A stretch of 26,251 nt of DNA from a virus (IMGVR_UViG_3300025828_000162:1-26251); one strand, 5' to 3'; shown: positions 8,355-17,565, counted from the first letter of the stretch. The notes: generated by a model from the letters alone, not told the origin. A program made the numbers and translations.

Positions 8355-10483
8355 TATTTTCTCCTATTTCTTAAACCAGCAGTATTTCTAGTAAAATTTC
8401 TATTAGCTCCACCTACTTCAGCAGGGCTACTTGTTATAACAGCTTTAATTTGATCAATTGCTCTTTGATCTACATTTCCGGATATATTAAATGTATTATT
8501 AACTACTGAACCCATAGATCCTTGAACCTTATCTCTTGGTATTACAACTTCTCCTGGTGTTAATAATGCAGGTACTCTATCTGTATATGGTGCACCACCT
8601 GGTACAACTCCGCCTTTATTAAAACCTAAGAAAGAAAATAAACTACCACCATTACCACCACTTACAGCAGCAGTTGCAGTTGCTAATGCTAATTGTTGAG
8701 CTTTTTCACTTGTAATTTGTTTTTCAACTATAAGCTTTTTAGTTCCTAAATTTTCAAATAATTTTTCTATACCAACTTCAATAGTCTTTTTTATAATAGT
8801 TTCAGCTATAGTTTGTAATACATTTTTAAATAAATTTTTAGTCGTTTCTAATAATGAATTACCTTGTCTTAAGCCTTCTAAAAAAGTTGTACTAATTGTA
8901 TCTGAAATTAATTTAGCTTCAATACCAGAATCTTGTAAAAGATCCCTATATGTTCTTTGAGCAGCGTTAGCTTTAGCTTGATCAATAATCATTCTTCTAT
9001 TTGTGAACATAATTCGTTCATTTATAGAAGCTAATTCATCTTGTCTTTTTAAAAAATCAGGATCAGTTGCAGCACCAAAATTAGGTCTTGATCTAGGATC
9101 CCTTACAGCTCTTGGTGTTGTTCTTGTTCCTGAAAATAATTGTTTTTGTTTTTTATTTAATTTTGTATAAGCATTAATAACTTCATTAGCTTCAATTTTT
9201 ATTTGATTAAGTTCTTCTCTTAATAATTTTGCAGCTTCTTCTGCTTCTTTTGAAGCTTTTGGAAACACTTTTAATTTAGAAACAAAATTAAGGACTGCTA
9301 ATTGAGCTTCTTTCATTTTATTTATGAAATAATCTCTAATTGTATTTACAACTTTCATTATAGCATCATTAAATGCAATAAATGCTACAACTGCTACTTG
9401 TATTGCAGTTATAATAATACCAACTATATTTGCTCTTAAAGCTATATTTAAAGCAGCTAAACTAACTGTTGCACCTTTTATATTTGCTGCTAATAAAATA
9501 AATTGAGATGCAACTCCAGCAACAAATGTAGATATTTTTAATCCAATAAATATTTTAAATGCAGTAACTAAAGCATCAATATTTGTGGATACAAACCTAA
9601 TTGCATTTTCAATACTTTTAAAAGCTCCTGCTAAATTTTCACCAACAGTTTTAGCTAATGATTTTAATTCAGCATCATTTCTTTTAAAATTACCTACTAA
9701 ATCAATTAATTGTTGTTTAACACCTTCAAATAAAGGTTGAGCAGCGGCTTGTCTAAATCTAAAATAAGCATCTTCTACAAATGAAACCTGTGCTTCTAAT
9801 GTTTGTTCAAAGTCTTTTGTTGCTTTAGAAAATTGACCACCACTAGAAAATACTTCAAAAAATCTTTTTCTAGTTTGTTCAATTGATACTTTAGCACCGG
9901 CTTCAAAGCCTAACATTGCTCTAACACCTCTTTCTCTAAAGACGTCAGCAGCGGCTATACCACCAGCAAATGCTCTTTGAATTTGTTCAGCAGTTTGTCT
10001 AAAATCTAAACCTGTAGCTGCAGCAACATTACCTGTTATTTCTAATACTTTAGCTAATTCATCAGCATCTTTAGCAATAACAGCTAGATTACCAGATCCT
10101 GCTGCAATAGCTTCTAGTGAAAATGGAACTCTACTAGCAAATTGATTTAATACATCAAATGCTTTTGCACCCTCTGAAGCTGAATTAAATAATAGTTTAA
10201 ATCTTACTTGTAATGATTCAGTAAGTTGTCCTGCTTGAAATGTATCTCTTATAAATTTACCAATACCAAAAGTAACAGCAGCTAATGATGCAGCAACACC
10301 AACTTTTAAAGTTGTACCAAGTGCTGCAAAAGTTGCTCTTGATTTAGCAGCTGCAGTTTCTAATTGTTTTAATCTTCTTGAAGCTATAGTAGCATTAGTA
10401 CCTAATTTATTTAAACCAGATTGTAATGAACTTACTTGGCTCTGCCCCTTAACATTAGTAATTATGTCTAATTTTACAGCCAT
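8354..10483 (-). CDS. Tail tape measure protein (709 aa)
   Basis: Ala-rich helical protein; FASRVPFSLE tape-measure motif; hydrophobic central segments; C-terminal FNKGGVVPG...DRVPALLTPGEVVI. Confidence 0.93.
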   Translation of the reverse strand: MAVKLDIITNVKGQSQVSSLQSGLNKLGTNATIASRRLKQLETAAAKSRATFAALGTTLKVGVAASLAAVTFGIGKFIRDTFQAGQLTESLQVRFKLLFNSASEGAKAFDVLNQFASRVPFSLEAIAAGSGNLAVIAKDADELAKVLEITGNVAAATGLDFRQTAEQIQRAFAGGIAAADVFRERGVRAMLGFEAGAKVSIEQTRKRFFEVFSSGGQFSKATKDFEQTLEAQVSFVEDAYFRFRQAAAQPLFEGVKQQLIDLVGNFKRNDAELKSLAKTVGENLAGAFKSIENAIRFVSTNIDALVTAFKIFIGLKISTFVAGVASQFILLAANIKGATVSLAALNIALRANIVGIIITAIQVAVVAFIAFNDAIMKVVNTIRDYFINKMKEAQLAVLNFVSKLKVFPKASKEAEEAAKLLREELNQIKIEANEVINAYTKLNKKQKQLFSGTRTTPRAVRDPRSRPNFGAATDPDFLKRQDELASINERIMFTNRRMIIDQAKANAAQRTYRDLLQDSGIEAKLISDTISTTFLEGLRQGNSLLETTKNLFKNVLQTIAETIIKKTIEVGIEKLFENLGTKKLIVEKQITSEKAQQLALATATAAVSGGNGGSLFSFLGFNKGGVVPGGAPYTDRVPALLTPGEVVIPRDKVQGSMGSVVNNTFNISGNVDQRAIDQIKAVITSSPAEVGGANRNFTRNTAGLRNRRK

Positions 10484-10489
10484 TTTTCC

Positions 10490-10876
10490 TTATCCGTTAG
10501 TTATTTCCACATTAACTTCATCAAAGTATTTTTTAAAAGCAGCCTCTATAAATTTAGTAGGTGCTTGTTGTGAATGTCCATTGTTAAGGAATTCTATATA
10601 TGTTGTACCATTTGTAACAATAATTTTATTTGGTTTATCTTTTGGAACCAAAATATTTATATTAGATGTTAAAGCAGGCTCATTTTGATTATAATATGTT
10701 TCAGTGTACCCAATATACCAGCTATTTCTGGCTTGACCAGTATCAACTGGAGTTGTTAATTTTACATCAGCAAAAGCTTTTAATGCTCTTGATCTAAATT
10801 CCTGTTCAATTGCTTTATTAACATCTCTTTCAAGATCTTTAGCAGCAGTTTTTAGACCAATAGTAGTTATTGCCAT
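10490..10876 (-). CDS. HK97 gp10-like tail completion protein
   Basis: TPVDTGQARNSW and NGTTYIEFLNNGHSQQAP motifs. Confidence 0.85.
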   Translation of the reverse strand: MAITTIGLKTAAKDLERDVNKAIEQEFRSRALKAFADVKLTTPVDTGQARNSWYIGYTETYYNQNEPALTSNINILVPKDKPNKIIVTNGTTYIEFLNNGHSQQAPTKFIEAAFKKYFDEVNVEITNG

Positions 10877-11037
10877 TATATTAATTTACCTTTATTTATC
10901 CCCTTTTTAATAACATATCTTTGTGTACCATTGGCACCAATATTTACTTCTTTTTTAAGGTTTCTAAATAATTCTTTTTCTTTTGAATTCTTTTTAGCAA
11001 CATTACTATACTGAATTAATGTTTTAGTATCTCTCAT
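10876..11037 (-). CDS. 53-aa basic hypothetical protein (MRDTKTLIQYSNVAKKNSKEKELFRNLKKEVNIGANGTQRYVIKKGINKGKLI)
   Basis: Not in ORF track; AAGG SD; TAATG overlap with the next gene; fills the gap exactly. Confidence 0.8.
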   Translation of the reverse strand: MRDTKTLIQYSNVAKKNSKEKELFRNLKKEVNIGANGTQRYVIKKGINKGKLI

Positions 11038-11052
11038 AATTGCCTTTCAAGT

Positions 11053-11070
11053 GGGCAGTTTTCACCGCCC
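11053..11070 (-). promoter_or_regulatory. GC-rich hairpin with GAAA tetraloop after the chaperone-T stop
   Basis: Minus strand GGGCGGT-GAAA-ACTGCCC; no U-tract, so a stability or processing stem is as likely as a terminator. Confidence 0.55.
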
Positions 11071-11075
11071 TACTA

Positions 11076-11384
11076 TTATTGTTTAGATTTTTTAGCTAAG
11101 CTTTTTAATTTATTAAAACCAGCTTCTAACTTTAAATCTTTTTGAGTATTACTTTCCCTCATTATTTTCAATGAAGGGAATAAATCATTTACCTTAAGTG
11201 GTTTAGTACCTTGGTATGTGGTTTGAGCTAATATAGCAGTTCTATGATCTTCTCGCCAACCATAAGGTCTTTCATTAAAATATTTTATCCAACCCATATA
11301 TTCTTTACTGGACATATTATAAATAGTATCTAATGTAACACCTAATTGATGAGCTATTTCATATTCTGCTAATTCTTCTTCCCC
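11076..11384 (-). CDS. Tail assembly chaperone C-terminal part (gpT-like), reached by -1 frameshift
   Basis: Frame is open 23 codons upstream of the track's ATG (11315): GEEELAEYEIAHQLGVTLDTIYNMSSKEYMGWIKYF, a gpT-like pattern; overlaps the chaperone end in the -1 frame. Confidence 0.8.
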   Translation of the reverse strand, partial: GEEELAEYEIAHQLGVTLDTIYNMSSKEYMGWIKYFNERPYGWREDHRTAILAQTTYQGTKPLKVNDLFPSLKIMRESNTQKDLKLEAGFNKLKSLAKKSKQ

Positions 11385-11686
11385 AATTCACCACCTTTGT
11401 CATCTTTAGCGGCTAATCCGTTATATTCAAGAATTTCTTGAGACAATTGAGTTAATGCTTGAATAGGAAAATCTTCAAATTCAGATTCTTTCATATTTTC
11501 AGCACCTACAACAGTTTGTGTAAATATAGCGCTTAAGGTTTTTAAACCGGTAACATCTTCAGTTTTATTTACATCCAATGCTTTTTGTAAATCCTTTATA
11601 CCCTTAACTGTCAGTTGTTTGATCTCCACTTCCTGTTCCAGAAATGGTACTTTCTTCGTTATTTGTATTATTTTTATATGTTTCAT
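11369..11686 (-). CDS. Tail assembly chaperone (gpG-like)
   Basis: VEIKQLTVK motif; ends LGKKN; lies between tail tube and tape measure. Confidence 0.85.
   Translation of the reverse strand: MKHIKIIQITKKVPFLEQEVEIKQLTVKGIKDLQKALDVNKTEDVTGLKTLSAIFTQTVVGAENMKESEFEDFPIQALTQLSQEILEYNGLAAKDDKGGELGKKN
11378..11384 (-). promoter_or_regulatory. Programmed -1 frameshift site G GGG AAG
   Basis: TTG GGG AAG AAG AAT TAG; the -1 frame is bounded upstream by TGA at 11388-11390. Confidence 0.7.
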
Positions 11687-11912
11687 TATTTATTTCCCCT
11701 AAAGGTTTTTGATATAAATGTTTATTATTCGATTCAAAGTCTTCCATCATTTTTCTAATTTTATGTAAAACGTCTAATGTTTCAAAGACTTGTTGTTTAT
11801 CCTCTACATCTTTTAATCTATCATAAGTTTTTCTTATGGATGTATCTATAGATTTTTTTATATGCAAAGAAGTTATTCTTAATACATAATATTTATTAAA
11901 TGGTTTATCCAT
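11604..11912 (-). CDS. Hypothetical helical protein (102 aa; probable start MDKPFNK)
   Basis: AGGA SD before ATG 11912; the track's ATG at 11948 lies inside the upstream hairpin. Confidence 0.7.
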   Translation of the reverse strand: MDKPFNKYYVLRITSLHIKKSIDTSIRKTYDRLKDVEDKQQVFETLDVLHKIRKMMEDFESNNKHLYQKPLGEINNETYKNNTNNEESTISGTGSGDQTTDS

Positions 11913-11929
11913 GATTTTTATCCTATACA

Positions 11930-11959
11930 ATTTAATTAAGCTGGGCATTTAAGCCCAGC
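11930..11959 (-). terminator. Probable intrinsic terminator after the tail tube gene
   Basis: GCTGGGC-TTAAAT-GCCCAGC stem (11940-11959) followed by TTAATTAAAT on the minus strand. Confidence 0.6.
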
Positions 11960-11971
11960 CTAAAAATTTTA

Positions 11972-12472
11972 TTATGCGTCAGCAAACGGACCAGTATAGT
12001 CAGTTGAAGTACTTAAAGTCAAAGTTGCCTGATTAGAATCAGTCAAATTTGGAGATACTTCAAAAGAAGCGACTTGTCCTTTTACATAAAATGCAGCATT
12101 ATCACCTGTAGATGCGTTTTTAACATCTAGTTGAAATACATATGTGTTTCCATCTTGAACTAAACCTTGAATAGTATCATGTACAGAAGGTACATAATTC
12201 AAAGTAAATTCCAATGTTGGAGCATCAGCTTGTCCTTGGATCTGTGAACTTACAGATTGTCCATAATTTGGTACGTTAACAATGTTAGCGGGTTTACCAA
12301 ATGAAGGAAATTCTCTGATGTTAGTAACTTCAGTTGCACCATCAAAATCACCTGTACTAGGAGTTATAAACGCCTGGTGTTCAGAATCATTTGTTGGTAA
12401 TGTGTAGCTACTATCAGCTTTGTATTTTAATTTAGTGAAAATACCAGCACCTATATTTGAAATTAGAGCCAT
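11972..12472 (-). CDS. Major tail tube protein
   Basis: EVTNIREFPSFG...IVNVPNYG...QIQGQADAPTLEFTLNYVP pattern of siphovirus tube proteins. Confidence 0.88.
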   Translation of the reverse strand: MALISNIGAGIFTKLKYKADSSYTLPTNDSEHQAFITPSTGDFDGATEVTNIREFPSFGKPANIVNVPNYGQSVSSQIQGQADAPTLEFTLNYVPSVHDTIQGLVQDGNTYVFQLDVKNASTGDNAAFYVKGQVASFEVSPNLTDSNQATLTLSTSTDYTGPFADA

Positions 12473-12501
12473 TTTTTGTTATTCCTTTATATTATTTTTG
12501 G

Positions 12502-12894
12502 TTAAATTGATCTGAAATTGACCGTATAATTCACGTTAAATAAACCTGAATCTTTTGTGTCAATTCCAATGTTTGTTATAAAGCTATTAGTTGTTTGTAG
12601 ATATCCAGAGATTACTTCTTGATCTAATAATGTTTTTAACATATCAGCAATTTCATATGCACGTTTCATACCTGCTCCAGCTGGAACAAATATTTGACAT
12701 ACAATTTGACCGTTTGCTATTACATCTTTATAAGCTAATTCTGAAGAAAATGGTAATACAGAAACTCGTATCCATTCATCAGCATTAATTTCCCCTTGAT
12801 AATTCGCAGGAAAAGCTTTTACATTATTTGATGTCCAAGCGCTAGAGGCAAACAAACCTTCAACAGCTGTCAATAATTGTGATATTGTAGCCAT
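12502..12894 (-). CDS. Tail terminator protein
   Basis: 130 aa; WIRVSV...GQIVCQIFVPAGAG motif; position just before tail tube. Confidence 0.75.
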   Translation of the reverse strand: MATISQLLTAVEGLFASSAWTSNNVKAFPANYQGEINADEWIRVSVLPFSSELAYKDVIANGQIVCQIFVPAGAGMKRAYEIADMLKTLLDQEVISGYLQTTNSFITNIGIDTKDSGLFNVNYTVNFRSI

Positions 12895-13250
12895 TATGTT
12901 TCCCTTCCAACAGTTAAATTAATAATATAATTGTTATCTTCAAACTTATTTATTTTCCAAGTCTTACCTCTCATTACAATATTATCGTAATTATCAATAA
13001 GCTTAGAATCTAAATTAGCCGAGTCAATCATTAAATTACATTCTAACCTAGGTTTATCATCATTAGTTCTAAATTGATTTTCAATTACAGCTTTAACAGT
13101 AATTGATGTATCAGTAGAACTAGTAACAGATTGTGTAGCAAAGTCATAAGCAGTTACATTTTTATTTGTAAAAGTTATATCTTCACCAATATCACCTATA
13201 GTATCAAATGCCATTTTTACATTATCTTGAATTAGTTTATGGTAACCCAT
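12894..13250 (-). CDS. Head closure / head-tail joining protein
   Basis: 118-aa beta-rich protein (YDFATQS, DNIVMRGKTWKI); position between adaptor and terminator. Confidence 0.7.
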   Translation of the reverse strand: MGYHKLIQDNVKMAFDTIGDIGEDITFTNKNVTAYDFATQSVTSSTDTSITVKAVIENQFRTNDDKPRLECNLMIDSANLDSKLIDNYDNIVMRGKTWKINKFEDNNYIINLTVGRET

Positions 13251-13801
13251 TAGGCACCTCCACTAACTTTAACTCCCCTATTTGAGCTTTTATTAGCTGG
13301 ATCTTCATATTTAGCAATTAATCTTTGAATTGAATCAGGTAATTGTTTAAAATTACTTAATCCAGATCCTAAATCAAAAGTTAAAGAAATAGAACCAACA
13401 GATAAATCTTTCAATCTAGGTGAACCAGATGATTGATCCTCTATTGTGCTCATATTTTTGATCAAGTGTAAAGCAAGCTCATAGGTCGCTTTTTTGATAT
13501 CTTCAGGAATAGTTCCCATAAACTCAGAAGTATCATCTCTATCATCTTCTAAAGTTTCATAACCACCAGATTTATTATTCCAGTAAGTAATGTCTCTAGG
13601 CCATGATAAAGGATATGAGGCAGTAGGCTCAGCCGTACCACCCCAATCCAAGTCATTGAGAATTCCTGTGGCTGTTACTAAAGCTCGTTCAACAGTTTCA
13701 TCTGTAGCACTATCCCAAGCAGTTTGGTTTAGCCTATCATAAAAGTATTGTTCAGCTTCTATAATAGTTACAAATGAATTGATTCCTTTTTGTAAAGCCA
13801 T
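13250..13801 (-). CDS. Head-tail adaptor (DnaT-like phage family)
   Basis: NSFVTIIEAEQYF, ALVTAT, LSWPR and IPEDIKKATYELA motifs; follows the capsid gene. Confidence 0.82.
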   Translation of the reverse strand: MALQKGINSFVTIIEAEQYFYDRLNQTAWDSATDETVERALVTATGILNDLDWGGTAEPTASYPLSWPRDITYWNNKSGGYETLEDDRDDTSEFMGTIPEDIKKATYELALHLIKNMSTIEDQSSGSPRLKDLSVGSISLTFDLGSGLSNFKQLPDSIQRLIAKYEDPANKSSNRGVKVSGGA

Positions 13802-13831
13802 TATTTTTCTCCGTATCTAATAGTTATAATA

Positions 13832-14896
13832 TTAACCGTGATAAATTGGGAATAAACCAATTTGGTTAACGTTTGTAGCATGAACTGTCCAGTTTGTACC
13901 TAGAGCAAGGTCAGTATTTGCAGGATATGCAGTTGCAGATCCAGCCCATGAGAATCCTTTCGGATGCATGATATTACCCCATCTAGATAAAACAGTCACA
14001 AGACCACCACCATTACCAGCTAGTTCATCTCTTTCAATTGCAGTTGGATTAACCTGTGCAATATCACTGTAATGTACAGACCCAGCTTTTGCTAAGTAAG
14101 AAACTTTTAAACCTGCAGGCATGTTTGCAGTTAATGATTGGTTATTAATAACAAGTCTAATTTTTCCACCAAGAATAGTAGAGAAATTGAAGTTACCGTC
14201 TACAACTGGAGCAACATCAAGAACGTTTTCTTTTCTCATAATGTTGTAAGTTGCAGTGTCTACTACTAAGTAATAGAAAGGCTCTTCAAATTCACCCTTA
14301 ACTTCAGTGATAGCATCTAATAAAGTATCAAAGAAAGTACTTCTTGATTGGCTAGCACCAGTAGAATTAACAAATAGTGGATTTGGATCATCACTAGCAT
14401 CTGAACCAGTGTAAAAACCAAAAGTACCAACTTTTGCAGCAGCATCAGAAGTACCAATTGTAGTTGCGCCCCAAATTTTGTCAGCAACACCATTTAGGAT
14501 AGATCTTAATTGTAGATCTTCTCTTCTTGCTCTAACTGAAGCAAATTGAGAACCTAAGTATGATAAACCATCAACTTTTGAGATTAATTTTTGAATTGAT
14601 AATTCTTGTGCAGCAATATGATCAATATTTTTGATGTATACTGCTGATTTGTTTGACACTGACATTTCATTAATATCTTTATCAGCAGCAGTTTCATTTT
14701 GCTTATGATAAGTAGTAGGGTCAGAAAAATCTAACCATCTTAAAGTACCAGTGTAATTTTCACCTGAGTCATTGATTCTAGCGTCAGAACCAACTAATGC
14801 AGTTGATGTTAATAACGCAGCATCAGCTCTTTCAGCTTGTTCGTAAGCAGAAATAGCCTTAGCAATGTTATTAAAGTTTGAACTTATTACAGCCAT
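13832..14896 (-). CDS. Major capsid protein
   Basis: 354 aa after scaffold; AAGGA SD; ERDELAGNGGG...SRWGNIMHPKGFSW...LALGTNW motif of siphovirus coat proteins. Confidence 0.9.
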   Translation of the reverse strand: MAVISSNFNNIAKAISAYEQAERADAALLTSTALVGSDARINDSGENYTGTLRWLDFSDPTTYHKQNETAADKDINEMSVSNKSAVYIKNIDHIAAQELSIQKLISKVDGLSYLGSQFASVRARREDLQLRSILNGVADKIWGATTIGTSDAAAKVGTFGFYTGSDASDDPNPLFVNSTGASQSRSTFFDTLLDAITEVKGEFEEPFYYLVVDTATYNIMRKENVLDVAPVVDGNFNFSTILGGKIRLVINNQSLTANMPAGLKVSYLAKAGSVHYSDIAQVNPTAIERDELAGNGGGLVTVLSRWGNIMHPKGFSWAGSATAYPANTDLALGTNWTVHATNVNQIGLFPIYHG

Positions 14897-14957
14897 TATA
14901 TTTTTTCCTTTTATTATTTAATGCACATTTGTGCGGTTATTATTATAAAAGATCAGT

Positions 14958-15611
14958 CTATTCAGACCAGTCTCCGTCAACTTTAATTTGCCCTTTTGCA
15001 ACAGCATTAAGCAATTCATCGGTTGACATATCTTTTATAGATGTGACAGGATTGGTTCCTGTGCTGGGTTTAGCTGGATTAATTCCAGTACCCATATTTG
15101 CTTTAACAGAAAATAAAAATGCATTATTTTCATCTTTAGCATAATTAGACACTGTCTCACTTATACTTAGACCACTTTCATGCACCCAATTTCCTGTAGC
15201 GTCTTTCTTTAAACTGTTTACAATATCTGAATAAGCCATATTAGCTGCTTTTTCAGATTTAAAGTTTAAAGCATTAAGCTGAGTACGCACGGCATTATCT
15301 CTACTTAATTCTGTGTTCTTTTGTTCGTATTGTTGAAGTCTTTGGTTAACCTCATTTAGTTTCATTTGCATAGCTTCAGCATGTTTACCTTGTTGTTCAA
15401 GGCTAGAAATTTCAGCTTGTCTTTTCTCTTCTTTAATTTTTTCTATTTGACTAATAGCTTCATCTCGCTCTTTATATGCATTGTCTAAATTTACTTTTAT
15501 ATTTTTTATAGCTTTAGAAACTTCTTCATCAACCATTTGTTTTATATCTGGTTGTTTAGTTTCTTCAGTTTTTGTTTCTTCAACTTGTGTATTTTCAATG
15601 TTTTCTGACAT
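14958..15611 (-). CDS. Capsid scaffolding protein (probable start MSENIE)
   Basis: E/K/Q-rich coiled coil, late FLF motif and G/P-rich tail; AAGGA SD precedes ATG 15611. Confidence 0.82.
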   Translation of the reverse strand: MSENIENTQVEETKTEETKQPDIKQMVDEEVSKAIKNIKVNLDNAYKERDEAISQIEKIKEEKRQAEISSLEQQGKHAEAMQMKLNEVNQRLQQYEQKNTELSRDNAVRTQLNALNFKSEKAANMAYSDIVNSLKKDATGNWVHESGLSISETVSNYAKDENNAFLFSVKANMGTGINPAKPSTGTNPVTSIKDMSTDELLNAVAKGQIKVDGDWSE

Positions 15612-15662
15612 TATTTTTCCTTTGGACACGGCCTTAGTTATATTTTAATTTAAAACAAAAGA

Positions 15663-16685
15663 TTAATTTGATAATTCTTCTAATTGTTTCAACGAAATTA
15701 ATTTACCATCTTTATTAGAAAATTGAGAAAATTTAACTTTTCCAGAATTAAACAAGGTAACTCTTTTTTGATTTCCTAATACAGCCAGCTTAACTTCATT
15801 TGGTTGGTCTTTTAACCATTCTTCATATGTAGTTTTAGCCGGTACTTGACCATTGATAGAGGCACGACGACTATCAGATAATCCAGCAATTTTTCGTTTT
15901 TGTAATCTATTATTTTCTGTATTTAATAATTGATTAGCACTTTTAATAACAGGTATAGTTGTTGATCTACAATTAAAATGTTGTGGTGGTTGTGGTGCAT
16001 TTTTATTATCTAATGAATAAACTTTACCATCTAACCTAGCACAAATTAAACTAGTTCTGCTATCTAAGGTAGCCACATATTGATAACCTTGAACAACATC
16101 ATCATTTAATTTATATGTTGTATTTGACACATAATTAGATGTTTCAGTTATTGCAGTTCTTGTTAATGTTCTTAATTGTACGGTAGAAGCTAACAATCCA
16201 GATCTACCTAAATCACGAGCTATATTAATCATAGCTTTATTTTCAGTCATTCCCTGTTTGACTATACCTTTTATTCTTCTTTGTTGTAAAATACTTATAG
16301 ATGCTAATTGTTGACTAAAAGTACCATTTGATTTGATAATTAAATCATTAACCTTTATAGTATCTTTTACACCTTTAGCTTTATAAATATTTGTTAAGGC
16401 TCTAGCAAATATACTTTTATAAAATCTAGCACTAACACCAGCTAGTTTATTTAATTCACTAATTCCTTCCTTATATATTTTTTTATAAGTTAAACGAATT
16501 TCAGTATTTAATTTTCTAGTTAAAGCATTTATATTTGCTGTACCAGAAAATGCTACAATTCGTTGTAATCTTATTTTGTGTGATGCCAAAATTTTATCAA
16601 TTTCAGTATCCAATCTCTTTTCGTAAAGAGTCAATAATGCACGGTGTTTCAGCATTCTTGAATATACATCATCATTTATAGACAT
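15663..16685 (-). CDS. Head morphogenesis protein (SPP1 gp7 / Mu gpF family)
   Basis: YQYVATLDSRTSLICARLDG...PPQHFNCRSTTIP and TYEEWLKDQ motifs. Confidence 0.92.
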   Translation of the reverse strand: MSINDDVYSRMLKHRALLTLYEKRLDTEIDKILASHKIRLQRIVAFSGTANINALTRKLNTEIRLTYKKIYKEGISELNKLAGVSARFYKSIFARALTNIYKAKGVKDTIKVNDLIIKSNGTFSQQLASISILQQRRIKGIVKQGMTENKAMINIARDLGRSGLLASTVQLRTLTRTAITETSNYVSNTTYKLNDDVVQGYQYVATLDSRTSLICARLDGKVYSLDNKNAPQPPQHFNCRSTTIPVIKSANQLLNTENNRLQKRKIAGLSDSRRASINGQVPAKTTYEEWLKDQPNEVKLAVLGNQKRVTLFNSGKVKFSQFSNKDGKLISLKQLEELSN

Positions 16686-16695
16686 TTGATATCCT

Positions 16696-16923
16696 TTAAT
16701 CTATAGATTTAATTTTAGCAAGTTCTTCATCAACTATTTTACCATGATGATCAATTAAAATTTGACAATTATTAACGTCAATTTCTAATCTTGCTTTATT
16801 AGTTTTTTGTGTTGATAAGGCAATTAAACTATTTCTCATATTTTCGTTTAAATCCTTTTCATAATATTTTTTATCATTAATAGTTATTGTTCTATTTTCT
16901 TCTTGTTTATTTTTAATTATCAT
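16696..16923 (-). CDS. Hypothetical 75-aa protein (beta-hairpin plus coiled coil)
   Basis: ITINDKKYYEKDL motif; tightly packed in the operon. Confidence 0.7.
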   Translation of the reverse strand: MIIKNKQEENRTITINDKKYYEKDLNENMRNSLIALSTQKTNKARLEIDVNNCQILIDHHGKIVDEELAKIKSID

Positions 16924-16924
16924 A

Positions 16925-17023
16925 TTATCTCTTTTTCATTTTAATACAAGAATTACCTTTACCCCTTCGGTAACCCTTCCAACATGCTTTTCCAGCACTA
17001 CCTTTTTTCTTTTTGTAAGCCAT
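16925..17023 (-). CDS. 32-aa basic microprotein MAYKKKKGSAGKACWKGYRRGKGNSCIKMKKR
   Basis: Hand-translated; GAGG SD; TAATG coupling; CWKGY...C motif. Confidence 0.8.
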   Translation of the reverse strand: MAYKKKKGSAGKACWKGYRRGKGNSCIKMKKR

Positions 17024-17139
17024 TATTTGCCTCGTTTTTTAGCAGCAATAATTTTATCTCTTAAAGCTTTTGGAAGCTTCATTTGTTTAGCTGTTAAACT
17101 GTTTGATCCTTTTTTCTTGCTTTTCTTTTTATAAGCCAT
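17023..17139 (-). CDS. 38-aa basic microprotein MAYKKKSKKKGSNSLTAKQMKLPKALRDKIIAAKKRGK
   Basis: Hand-translated; GAGGT SD; starts 1 nt after the previous stop. Confidence 0.8.
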   Translation of the reverse strand: MAYKKKSKKKGSNSLTAKQMKLPKALRDKIIAAKKRGK

Positions 17140-17140
17140 T

Positions 17141-17284
17141 TTATTTACCTCTTTTACGTTTTTTTGCCTTTTTTGCTATTGATATAGCTATAGCAATTGC
17201 TTGATCTCTTTTCTTTCCAGCTTTTAACTCTTCTTTAATATTTTTAGAAATAGATTTAGCTGAATATCCTTTTATTAATGGCAT
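17141..17284 (-). CDS. 47-aa basic microprotein MPLIKGYSAKSISKNIKEELKAGKKRDQAIAIAISIAKKAKKRKRGK
   Basis: Hand-translated; AAGGA SD; MPLxKG...QAIAIA pattern familiar from small phage proteins. Confidence 0.85.
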   Translation of the reverse strand: MPLIKGYSAKSISKNIKEELKAGKKRDQAIAIAISIAKKAKKRKRGK

Positions 17285-17293
17285 AAATTTCCT

Positions 17294-17563
17294 TTACCAC
17301 ATTTTACAAGACCAATATCTTGCTTTTGTTTTAGGCCCAGGACTAGAACAATTATGTCTTGCTCTAAAACTAGCTCTAGCTCCAGGATTGTTTTTTCTTA
17401 TTCTCATAGTTTTTTGACCAGCAGCTTTTGCTGTTGTTCCACCATGACCAAAATTTACTTTTACAATATTACCTTTTGGGTTTTTAACATAAACTTTAAA
17501 TTTTTTTACATCACCACGCATTGGTTTATTTAAAGTTACTTTTCGACCTCTATATTCAGCCAT
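17294..17563 (-). CDS. 89-aa basic conserved phage protein
   Basis: GGAG SD; KKFKVYVKNP...VNFG...ARASFRARHNC...ARYWSCKMW motif; function unknown. Confidence 0.85.
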   Translation of the reverse strand: MAEYRGRKVTLNKPMRGDVKKFKVYVKNPKGNIVKVNFGHGGTTAKAAGQKTMRIRKNNPGARASFRARHNCSSPGPKTKARYWSCKMW

Positions 17564-17565
17564 AA

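Noticed and set aside
11690-11700. GGGGAAA as a second frameshift joining the 102-aa ORF to the chaperone
   Set aside because: The chaperone frame has TAA two codons before its ATG; the G-run is better read as the SD.
11940-11959. GCTGGGC/GCCCAGC shared between the tail-tube terminator and the terL-portal element
   Set aside because: Only 7 bp and satisfied locally in each place; a trans interaction is unsupported.
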